14,450 nt of DNA from Nostoc sp. CreGUA01 (GCA_034531095.2 JAVRBV020000007.1:1-14450), one strand, 5' to 3'; positions 1-6,413 are shown, numbered from the stretch's first letter. A program made the numbers and translations. The notes: generated from the letters alone by a model not told the origin.

Positions 1-33
1 GGAGTTAGGAGTTAGGAGTTAGGAGTTAGGAGT
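1..33. repeat. Heptamer tandem repeat GGAGTTA, 4 full copies plus a partial one (STRR-like)
   Basis: Direct reading: ggagtta at 1-7, 8-14, 15-21 and 22-28, then ggagt at 29-33. The array is cut by the window edge. Confidence 0.9.
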
Positions 34-100
34 GTGGGAGGTGTGTCCGGTGTGGGAGGATGGGGAAGCATTAATTCTCTTTCCCCACACTCCCCACACT

Positions 101-199
101 CCCTCATCCCCCTCATCTCCCTCATCTCCCTCATCTCCCTCATCCCCCTCATCTCCCTCATCCCCCTCATCCCCCTCATCCCCCTCATCCCCCTCATCT
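101..199 (+). repeat. 9-nt tandem array CCCTCATC[C/T], 11 units
   Basis: Perfect 9-nt periodicity from 101 to 199; only the last base of each unit varies (C/T). It is flanked by CCCCACT-type short repeats (84-100, 200-215). It generates the spurious low-complexity ORFs in three frames (PSSPSS, LIPLIS, MRGMREMR). Confidence 0.95.
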
Positions 200-219
200 C
201 CCCACTCCCCACTCCCCAT

Positions 220-867
220 ATGCCACTTATTCTCGAAGCCAGTAGCCTATCTCTCAACGATGTTCATCGCTTTCTCAAAGTAGAAGAACTTTCAACTGGT
301 TCATTCACTGACTTTTTAAATTTAGAACCGTTGACAGAGTTTGAACAACAGGATTTATTGCGAATTAGAAACGACTATCATCGTTATCTCAAGTATGGTA
401 AAATTTCTGAAGGTTTAGTTAAATTTTTGACTATTGCGCCATTAATGCGGTTAGCAGGATTTTACGATGTGCCGATTCGGTTGACAATGGAAGATAGCGT
501 TGCGATCGCTGTGGAAGATGAAGACAAAAAAATCACCGGACGGATGGATATTTTAGCAATCAACAATCCTCAAAGTAATATTGCACCGCCATTTTGGATT
601 TTAGTAATTGAAACAAAAAATAGTGCGATCGAAGTTGGTGAGGGTTTACCTCAATTACTTACTCATACTTTTAAAAGTTTACAAGAACAACCATCTGTTT
701 GGGGCTTGGCAACTAACGGACTGCGTTATCAATTTGTTTATTTAAAACGCGAACAACAGCCGACTTATCAATTAATGCCATTATTAAGTCTTAATGAATC
801 TGCCGGGGCGATTGAGTTATTACAAGTTCTTAAAAACATCTGCCAGTTAGTAAATTTTCAGAAATAA
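220..867 (+). CDS. PD-(D/E)xK nuclease-fold protein, type I restriction enzyme HsdR N-terminal-domain-like (215 aa)
   Basis: This is ORF 34-867 trimmed to ATG 220, because codons 34-219 only read through the 9-nt repeat. The core GRMDILAI...(x17)...FWILVIETKNS fits the D...E-x-K nuclease signature. This family is abundant in cyanobacteria. Confidence 0.7.
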   Translation: MPLILEASSLSLNDVHRFLKVEELSTGSFTDFLNLEPLTEFEQQDLLRIRNDYHRYLKYGKISEGLVKFLTIAPLMRLAGFYDVPIRLTMEDSVAIAVEDEDKKITGRMDILAINNPQSNIAPPFWILVIETKNSAIEVGEGLPQLLTHTFKSLQEQPSVWGLATNGLRYQFVYLKREQQPTYQLMPLLSLNESAGAIELLQVLKNICQLVNFQK

Positions 868-875
868 TTGAAGAA

Positions 876-908
876 GAATTCAGAATCCAGAATTCAGAAT
901 TCAGAATT
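876..908. repeat. Heptamer tandem repeat GAATTCA/GAATCCA, about 4.7 copies
   Basis: gaattca 876-882, gaatcca 883-889, gaattca 890-896, gaattca 897-903, gaatt 904-908. The array is intergenic. Confidence 0.9.
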
Positions 909-978
909 AATTAGTTTGGAGTCGTAACCACCACTTTTTTAACAAAGTGATTTTTGTATCATTGCGGGGCGATCGCTG

Positions 979-1707
979 ATGTCTGAACCTGCTACCTTAG
1001 AAGTCATCTCTGATGATACTTTAGGAGATCGAGTTATTTTTCCTCCTGGCGATATACTGAGTGACGAACCACCCTTGGAAAGTGACCTCCACCGAGACCA
1101 AATCGATTTGCTGATTCGCCTACTGAAATCGTGGTGGCGAGAAAAGCCAGATTTTTATGCTTCTGGCAACTTGACAATTTACTACAGTCCCAATCAGAAA
1201 AAATCAGAATACTTCCGCGGCCCAGACTTTTTTGTAGTTTTGGGAACCGAGAAAAAAGACCGTACAAGTTGGGTAGTTTGGCATGAAGACGGCAAATATC
1301 CAAATGTAATTGTCGAGATTTTGTCCAATTCAACCGCAGCAGTTGACAAAGGCTTCAAAAAACAACTTTACGAAGATACTTACCGTACACCCGATTATTT
1401 CTGGTTTCATCCTGTAACACTAGAGTTTCAGGGATTTCATTTAGTAGATGGAAAGTATCAAGAAATTCAACCCACCACTGATGGACGTTTATGGAGTCAA
1501 CAGTTAGAACTTTACTTGGGAGTTTATGAAGGTAAATTAAGATTCTTTACTACCGAAAATCAATTGATACCATCATCTGAAGAACTGGCCCAACAAGAAA
1601 GTTTACGTGCCCAACAAGCAGAAGAACGTGCCCAACAGGCAGAACAAGAAATTGCCAGACTGCGCGAACTTTTGCGTACACAGGGCATTAACCCTGAGAA
1701 TATTTGA
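979..1707 (+). CDS. Uma2-family (DUF820) putative restriction-endonuclease-like protein with a C-terminal coiled coil
   Basis: 242-aa ORF with an ATG start. It has the Uma2-like pattern PDFFVVLG ... PNVIVEILSNSTAAVDKGFKKQLYEDTYRTPDYFWFHP (a D / E / K triad followed by a Y..YW..P block). The Q/A/E-rich tail AQQAEERAQQAEQEIARLRELL is typical of cyanobacterial members. Confidence 0.8.
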   Translation: MSEPATLEVISDDTLGDRVIFPPGDILSDEPPLESDLHRDQIDLLIRLLKSWWREKPDFYASGNLTIYYSPNQKKSEYFRGPDFFVVLGTEKKDRTSWVVWHEDGKYPNVIVEILSNSTAAVDKGFKKQLYEDTYRTPDYFWFHPVTLEFQGFHLVDGKYQEIQPTTDGRLWSQQLELYLGVYEGKLRFFTTENQLIPSSEELAQQESLRAQQAEERAQQAEQEIARLRELLRTQGINPENI

Positions 1708-1903
1708 CGAGATGAGCAAATTCCATAGACACTTTACAGTTAAAATTGAAAAAGAATACAGAATTGAGAATCAATTTATTCATCCCCCAGTCACACAGAA
1801 TTAAATTCTGTTAGCGGATAGCTAAGGTTTAGCCCATTCTGGCGACTGAGTGCTGAATTGTTTCTTGTTAAAAAATTGTTAATTACTGAAAGTAGGGACT
1901 CGT

Positions 1904-2596
1904 TTGCAAGCAAAAGAGATTAAGGATCGATTAAAATCCCTCATCGAGCAAGCTGACTCGATAGATCCTAATTTAGCGAGAAGATTGAATGAAATCAACC
2001 GTTGGGTAAAGAATATCAAACCGGGTTCCCTGACGGCTAAACCTTTTGTCCTTGCTTTTCTTTTAGAAGTAATTACCGATTCGACAATTTGGCTGATCAT
2101 AAAATCCTCACCTTCCCAAGAAGCACAAAAAGCAAAATTCGAGCAAATGACGCCCATTGAAAGATATTGGTATGGTTACCTTTTTCCCAAATGGATTAAT
2201 GCAAATGATTCCAAGTTTTATATTTGGAAACAAAAATTGATGGCAGGTGAGTTCGATCGCGGTGATGATGATATTATTAGAAATATAGCCCAAGATGTTG
2301 TTCAGCGAGAAGGTAGTTTTTGGCAGCGTTATATTGCCGATCTATCAATGGCAACAGATTTAATTGTCAGTAATCGTCACAATCAACCACTTTGCATTCA
2401 AGTTACCAGTGTCAGTGAAGAACTCAATCAACAAAAGTACCAAGCTTGGCAAAATACACTGCGATCTTGGGAGATAGAGAGAGGATTGTTCCTCAGTTAC
2501 AATCCCAAGGATGCTAATTTTGTTAACCAGTTAGTTAACGTGGCGCTGTATAACAGTGATTATCTTTCTGGTGGGAAATATTTAAAATTTTCCTGA
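1904..2596 (+). CDS. Hypothetical protein (230 aa), no recognised family
   Basis: Long ORF with non-repetitive composition. The only start candidate after the in-frame stop at 1880 is TTG 1904 (apart from a rare CTG at 1886), and a purine-rich stretch (agtaggga) lies upstream. A weak D-x13-Q-x-T pattern (DLIVSNRHNQPLCIQVTS) recalls a degenerate nuclease core but is not convincing. Confidence 0.55.
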   Translation: MQAKEIKDRLKSLIEQADSIDPNLARRLNEINRWVKNIKPGSLTAKPFVLAFLLEVITDSTIWLIIKSSPSQEAQKAKFEQMTPIERYWYGYLFPKWINANDSKFYIWKQKLMAGEFDRGDDDIIRNIAQDVVQREGSFWQRYIADLSMATDLIVSNRHNQPLCIQVTSVSEELNQQKYQAWQNTLRSWEIERGLFLSYNPKDANFVNQLVNVALYNSDYLSGGKYLKFS

Positions 2597-2665
2597 TCGT
2601 TTGCGGATTTTGATGTACAAGATTTGTATTCTAGCCTACATACTTACCTGCTCATTACAGCTTTT

Positions 2666-3106
2666 ATGGCTCACAAAAGAGAAACTCACACCTGCAACAA
2701 TATAAATAATTTTGCCGAAGCTTTAGCAACAGCTAGACAAATGCAGCAGAACTGGTTAACTTATGGGGTGGATTTTATCAACTTTTATGTTGAAGATGTA
2801 GATGGAGACTGGTTAGAAACCTGGGGACATGACGAAATCTTAGGTAATTCTCGATTAGATGCGATTAAAGAATTTTTGGTAAGTGATGATAATGTAGCTG
2901 TAAAAATTAGGCAGTATTTGGGAGAGCGATCGCTCTTTGATTTTGCAGTAAGTTTAGAAGCATATTGGAGAAGTCCTGAGATAGATGACAGGTTAGCTGC
3001 TGTGACAAATCTATTAGCTGGTGGTGAAGATATTCTTCATAAAGATGACATCAGCTTAAGAGATTTAGCAAATAGTCTCTTGGTAAAGTTAGCAGACATT
3101 TTGTAA
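2666..3106 (+). CDS. Hypothetical acidic protein (146 aa from ATG 2666; 160 aa if TTG 2624 is used)
   Basis: ORF 2624-3106 lies on the same strand, 27-69 nt after the previous gene. It is D/E-rich with no recognised motif. A terminator-like hairpin follows it. Confidence 0.55.
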   Translation: MAHKRETHTCNNINNFAEALATARQMQQNWLTYGVDFINFYVEDVDGDWLETWGHDEILGNSRLDAIKEFLVSDDNVAVKIRQYLGERSLFDFAVSLEAYWRSPEIDDRLAAVTNLLAGGEDILHKDDISLRDLANSLLVKLADIL

Positions 3107-3127
3107 AATTTTGCATCACAGCAACAA

Positions 3128-3180
3128 ACGCGATAAACCGATTCTTGTAGAGACGGCGATTTATCGCGTCTTTGTAATTT
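3128..3180 (+). terminator. Terminator-like hairpin built from a small dispersed palindromic repeat
   Basis: AGACGGCGAT (3151-3160), TT, then ATCGCGTCT (3163-3171), followed by TTGTAATTT. An alternative pairing is ACGCGATAAA (3128-3137) with TTTATCGCGT (3160-3169). The GTAGAGACG..CGCGTCT core resembles a repeat common in Nostoc-type genomes (from memory). Confidence 0.5.
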
Positions 3181-3223
3181 AGATTTTTTGTCAAAAAACC
3201 TTAATCTAACCGGATTGATATCT

Positions 3224-3295
3224 CCCTCATCCCCCTCATCTCCCTCATCTCCCTCATCTCCCTCATCCCCCTCATCTCCCTCATCTCCCTCATCC
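3224..3295 (+). repeat. 9-nt tandem array CCCTCATC[C/T], 8 units
   Basis: Units fall at 3224, 3233, 3242, 3251, 3260, 3269, 3278 and 3287. The unit and orientation are the same as in the array at 101-199. It explains the spurious minus ORF 3201-3398. Confidence 0.95.
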
Positions 3296-3367
3296 CCAAT
3301 TTTATGGAATCCAAACAGCTGCTATTGTATCCATCAAGGAATATGTTGCTAAATAAGGTAGGATATT

Positions 3368-3784
3368 TTGGAACCAATAACAGCTGGTGCGATCGCAACC
3401 CTCGCTTTTACCAAAGCATTTGAAAAAACCATCGAGAAATTCACTGAAGCAGCCCTGGTAAAAATGGACGAGCTGCGAAAAAAGATTTGGGATAAATTAC
3501 GGGGAAATCTAAAAGCAGAAACAGCCCTTGTTGCTGCTGAAAATGGCTCAAAACCAGATGTAGAAAGGGTTGCTGCTTACTTGCAGGTAATTTTACATGA
3601 AGAACCGGAGTTTGCCAAAGAAGTAGAAACACTGGCTCGTGAAATTCAGGCTGGTAAGATAGTAGACAACAGCAACATGACCCAAATCAACCAAGACAAC
3701 GCCAAAGGATGGCAAACTAAAGTTGAGGGTGGAACAGTTTATCAAGGCGAGATTAACATTCATCATGCACCCCCCAATTCTTGA
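3368..3784 (+). CDS. Small helical effector-like protein (138 aa), Bell-domain-like, with a C-terminal Q/N/G-rich prion-like motif
   Basis: TTG start at 3368 with AGGA 4 nt upstream. The N-terminal hydrophobic helix is MEPITAGAIATLAFTKAFEKTIEKF. The body is charged and helix-prone up to about aa 100. The tail (aa 104-130) is MTQINQDNAKGWQTKVEGGTVYQGEIN, and this motif is repeated at the start of the next gene. The family assignment comes from architecture, not from alignment. Confidence 0.7.
   Translation: MEPITAGAIATLAFTKAFEKTIEKFTEAALVKMDELRKKIWDKLRGNLKAETALVAAENGSKPDVERVAAYLQVILHEEPEFAKEVETLAREIQAGKIVDNSNMTQINQDNAKGWQTKVEGGTVYQGEINIHHAPPNS
3677..3757 (+). other. Copy 1 of the shared 27-aa Q/N/G-rich motif (C-terminus of the effector-like protein)
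   Basis: MTQINQDNAKGWQTKVEGGTVYQGEIN. Nt 3727-3756 are identical to 3846-3875. Confidence 0.85.
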
Positions 3785-3795
3785 ATTCAGCCATC

Positions 3796-3876
3796 ATGAA
3801 CCAAAGCAACCAGGACAACTCTCAGGGCTGGCAAAATCAGGTTGGGGGTGGAACAGTTTATCAAGGCGAGATTAAT
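3796..3876 (+). other. Copy 2 of the shared 27-aa Q/N/G-rich motif (N-terminus of the NB-ARC/TPR protein)
   Basis: MNQSNQDNSQGWQNQVGGGTVYQGEIN, which is 20/27 identical to effector aa 104-130. Confidence 0.85.
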
Positions 3877-5643
3877 TTCTACAATTCCCCTACTGGGCAG
3901 TTACAGTCATCTCCTCCGAATAATATTCCTTACCGGGGTGTCGCCAACTTTGTCGGGCGGGATGAGAAACTTGTAGAACTACATCAAAAATTGCTGCAAA
4001 AAGACAGCGCGGCAATTTTGGCTGTGACTGGTATCGGGGGAATGGGTAAAACCGAACTGGCGACACAATACGCACAGCGCTACAAAGTCAATTATCCTGG
4101 TGGACTTTGCTGGTCAGATGCCAGAAAACCAGATTTAGCAGCAGAGATTGTGGAATTTGCTCAGTTTTACATGAAACTGGAAGTACCCAAAACCTTATTG
4201 ACTTCCCAAGAACAAGCAAAATGGTGCTGGCAGAATTGGCAACCACAAACAGAACTAGTCTTGGTAGTATTGGACAACGTTGACGATGTAACTAACTGGG
4301 AAAATTGTCGCCAAGTACTGCCAACAAATAACCGCTTCTATATATTAGTCACAACTCGGTTGCGAAATCTCGGTTCAACGGTTCAACAGATAACTTTGGA
4401 TGAACTCTCACCAGACGATGCTTTGAAATTGTTGACAGCTTTGTTGGGTGAGAATGATAGGCGGGTGCAACGGGAACCACAAATCGCAGCAAATTTGTGT
4501 CAACGGTTGGGATATCTGCCTTTAGGTTTGCAATTAGTCGGCGCGTATTTGGCAGAAGATCCAAATTTATCTTTGGCAGAGATTTTACAGCGATTACCAG
4601 CCCAGCAACAATCTCAATTGGCAGCCGTATTTGAGTTAAGCTGGCAACAACTCGATTCAATGACACAGCGTGTCGGTGAATTGTTGAGTTTATTTGCCCC
4701 AGATATCATTCCTTGGCAAATAGTTGAATCTGTCAGTCAGCAGTTAAATTGGGCAAAGGTAGATGTTGACGAAGCGAGAAAGCAACTTTATAAGCGCCAT
4801 TTAATTAAAAGCGTAGCAGAAGGAGAAAGTTGCTATAAGATTCATCCTTTAATTAGGGAGTTTTTGCAGGGTAAATTGGTAGGGTCAAAAACAGCCGATG
4901 ACCTCAAAAAAGCCTTTGCCGCAGCATTAGTAGAAATTGCTCGGAAAATACCTGAATCTCCTACCCTTGAGGATATCAAGTTAGTGCAACTGGCAATTCC
5001 CCATTTGACAGAGGTGGCACAAAATCTAATTGATGCTGTGGAGGATGAAAATTTATATTGGGTTTTCAATGGCTTGGGCAAATTCTATCAAGGACAAGGT
5101 TTGTATACCCTAGCAGCACCTTGGTATGAGCAAGGATTATCAACGGTGCAAACCCGTTTGGGAGAAGAAAATCTCAATTTCGCCACCAGCCTGAGTTGGC
5201 TGGCAAATCTCTACAATTCTCAAGGACGCTACGACCAAGCCGAACCCCTGCATCTCCAAGCTTTAGAATTGAGAAAACGCCTGCTGGGAGAAGCACATCC
5301 CCATGTTGCCACCAGCCTGAACAACCTGGCATATCTCTACGATTCTCAAGGACGCTACGACCAAGCCGAACCCCTGTTTCTCCAAGCTTTAGAACTTTAT
5401 AAACGCCTGCTGGGAGAAGCACATCCCCATGTTGCCACCAGCCTGAACAACCTGGCAAATCTCTACTATTCTCAAGGACGCTACGACCAAGCCGAACCCC
5501 TGTATCTCCAAGCTTTAAAAATTCGTCAGCAGGTGTTTGGGGTAAATCATCCCAATACGGTTACTATTCGGCAAAATCTAGAAAATCTCCAGGCTAAAAA
5601 GAATGCTAGCTGTAAAGTTAAGAATAATGCTAACAATTCCTGA
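3796..5643 (+). CDS. NLR-like STAND NTPase: N-terminal prion-like motif + NB-ARC ATPase + TPR repeats (615 aa)
   Basis: ATG 3796. The alternative start TTG 3781 overlaps the upstream stop as TTGA. Walker A is GIGGMGKT (4030-4053) and Walker B is LVLVVLDNVDD (4255-4287). ILVTTR (sensor/RNBS-B-like) and GYLPLGLQLVG (the GLPL motif of NB-ARC) are also present. The C-terminus carries four 42-aa TPR_10/12-type units (ATSLNNLAxLYxSQGRYDQAEPLxLQAL...). Confidence 0.9.
   Translation: MNQSNQDNSQGWQNQVGGGTVYQGEINFYNSPTGQLQSSPPNNIPYRGVANFVGRDEKLVELHQKLLQKDSAAILAVTGIGGMGKTELATQYAQRYKVNYPGGLCWSDARKPDLAAEIVEFAQFYMKLEVPKTLLTSQEQAKWCWQNWQPQTELVLVVLDNVDDVTNWENCRQVLPTNNRFYILVTTRLRNLGSTVQQITLDELSPDDALKLLTALLGENDRRVQREPQIAANLCQRLGYLPLGLQLVGAYLAEDPNLSLAEILQRLPAQQQSQLAAVFELSWQQLDSMTQRVGELLSLFAPDIIPWQIVESVSQQLNWAKVDVDEARKQLYKRHLIKSVAEGESCYKIHPLIREFLQGKLVGSKTADDLKKAFAAALVEIARKIPESPTLEDIKLVQLAIPHLTEVAQNLIDAVEDENLYWVFNGLGKFYQGQGLYTLAAPWYEQGLSTVQTRLGEENLNFATSLSWLANLYNSQGRYDQAEPLHLQALELRKRLLGEAHPHVATSLNNLAYLYDSQGRYDQAEPLFLQALELYKRLLGEAHPHVATSLNNLANLYYSQGRYDQAEPLYLQALKIRQQVFGVNHPNTVTIRQNLENLQAKKNASCKVKNNANNS
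5182..5559 (+). repeat. Three tandem 126-nt (42-codon) TPR-encoding repeats inside the NLR gene
   Basis: The units are 5182-5307, 5308-5433 and 5434-5559. Units 1 and 2 differ at 14/126 nt, confined to 7 codons. Units 2 and 3 differ at 3 nt over the first 84 nt and then diverge. Confidence 0.95.
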
Positions 5644-5807
5644 TGGGAAAAGTTTTTAGGTTTATTTGAGTGAAGCGATATAGCAAGGGACTGGGGACTG
5701 GGTGAAAAGTCTTTTTGTGTTTAGCCTCTTCCATCAGTCTTGCAAAAAACAACGAGTTTTCGACGTTTCAGCCAACGAAAAATTAAGGTTTCACCACAGA
5801 GTGATGA

Positions 5808-5942
5808 CAATACGGTTCGGATAAGCCCAAAGAATAAAAATGTGTAGGTTGGGTTGAGGAACGAAACCCAACATTTCGCGGGGTTTGTTGGGTTTCACTA
5901 CGTTCAACCCAACCTACAAATATTCTTAACCGAACCGTATTG
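5808..5942. mobile_element. 135-bp MITE-like palindromic element with 13-bp perfect TIRs and a 10-bp target-site duplication
   Basis: The TIRs are CAATACGGTTCGG (5808-5820) and CCGAACCGTATTG (5930-5942). The direct repeat AGAGTGATGA abuts both ends (5798-5807 and 5943-5952). An internal long imperfect palindrome includes TGTAGGTTGGGTTGA (5843-5857) and TCAACCCAACCTACA (5904-5918), a motif I recognise as a dispersed cyanobacterial repeat. Confidence 0.8.
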
Positions 5943-6289
5943 AGAGTGATGAAAGAGCGTTAGGGACTTCCAGTTAACAATTCAAAATTCAAAATGACGC
6001 TCGCGGACTCGCTAACGCTATGCAGCCCTTGTTTTGTTCGCGTAGCGTCTCGTTCGCTCTTAGCGTCTCGTAGAGAAGAGAGGACTAAAGTCCTCACTAC
6101 GAACTTAAAATAATATGCCAGTTGCGTAAGTCCTAAATTAGTTTTGGCTTTAATAATCTTTTAGATGTGCAATCTTTATCACTGTTAGCAATAACAGTTG
6201 CTCCTGAATCTGATAAATAATGCGGTATTTACCCAAACGAACCTTAGAGGATGTTTTAAAAGTCCTGAGTGATGTATCAAATACTTTTA

Positions 6290-6413
6290 GATCCCCCTAA
6301 ATCCCCCTTAAAAAGGGGGACTTTGATTCGAGTTCCTCCCTTTTTAAGGGGAGCCAGTGACGGGTACGCAGGGGGTTTCCCCCATGAGCAACTGGCGTGG
6401 ATTTAGGGGGATC
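6290..6413. mobile_element. 124-bp MITE-like element with 15-bp perfect terminal inverted repeats and no obvious TSD
   Basis: The TIRs are GATCCCCCTAAATCC (6290-6304) and GGATTTAGGGGGATC (6399-6413). Internal G5/C5 mini-hairpins are CCCCCTTAAAAAGGGGG (6303-6319) and GGGGGTTTCCCCC (6371-6383). This element type looks like a dispersed Nostoc-type repeat (from memory). Confidence 0.6.

Noticed and set aside
12-283. ORFs 12-257(-), 19-219(-), 32-283(+) and the N-terminal extension of 34-867(+), which encode MRGMREMR / GDEGDE / PSSPSS / LIPLIS repeats
   Set aside because: These are read-through translations of the 9-nt CCCTCATCY array, which has no stop in any frame. They are pure low complexity with no independent coding signal. 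The real gene most plausibly starts at ATG 220.
3325-3355. Candidate sigma70-type promoter (TTGTAT ... TAAATA) upstream of the effector-like gene
   Set aside because: The spacing is 19 nt, which is long. The implied transcript start would leave almost no leader before the AGGA/TTG at 3360-3368. The evidence is too weak to annotate without TSS data.
3201-3398. Minus-strand ORF of 65 aa (MREMRGMREMR...)
   Set aside because: It is the same artefact of the nonamer array at 3224-3295, and it overlaps the start of the plus-strand gene at 3368.
5174-5458. ORFs 5174-5458(-) and 5196-5402(+) with internally repeated peptides
   Set aside because: These are off-frame or antisense translations of the 126-nt TPR repeats inside the strongly supported NLR gene.
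3368-5643. Alternative reading: a single Bell-NB-ARC-TPR gene broken by a frameshift near 3781 (a pseudogene)
   Set aside because: The Q/N/G motif is present in full on both sides of the boundary. The upstream ORF ends in a clean stop after its copy, and the downstream ORF has an ATG exactly at the first residue of its copy. A frameshifted fusion would not need two copies. The two-gene arrangement is the expected functional architecture.
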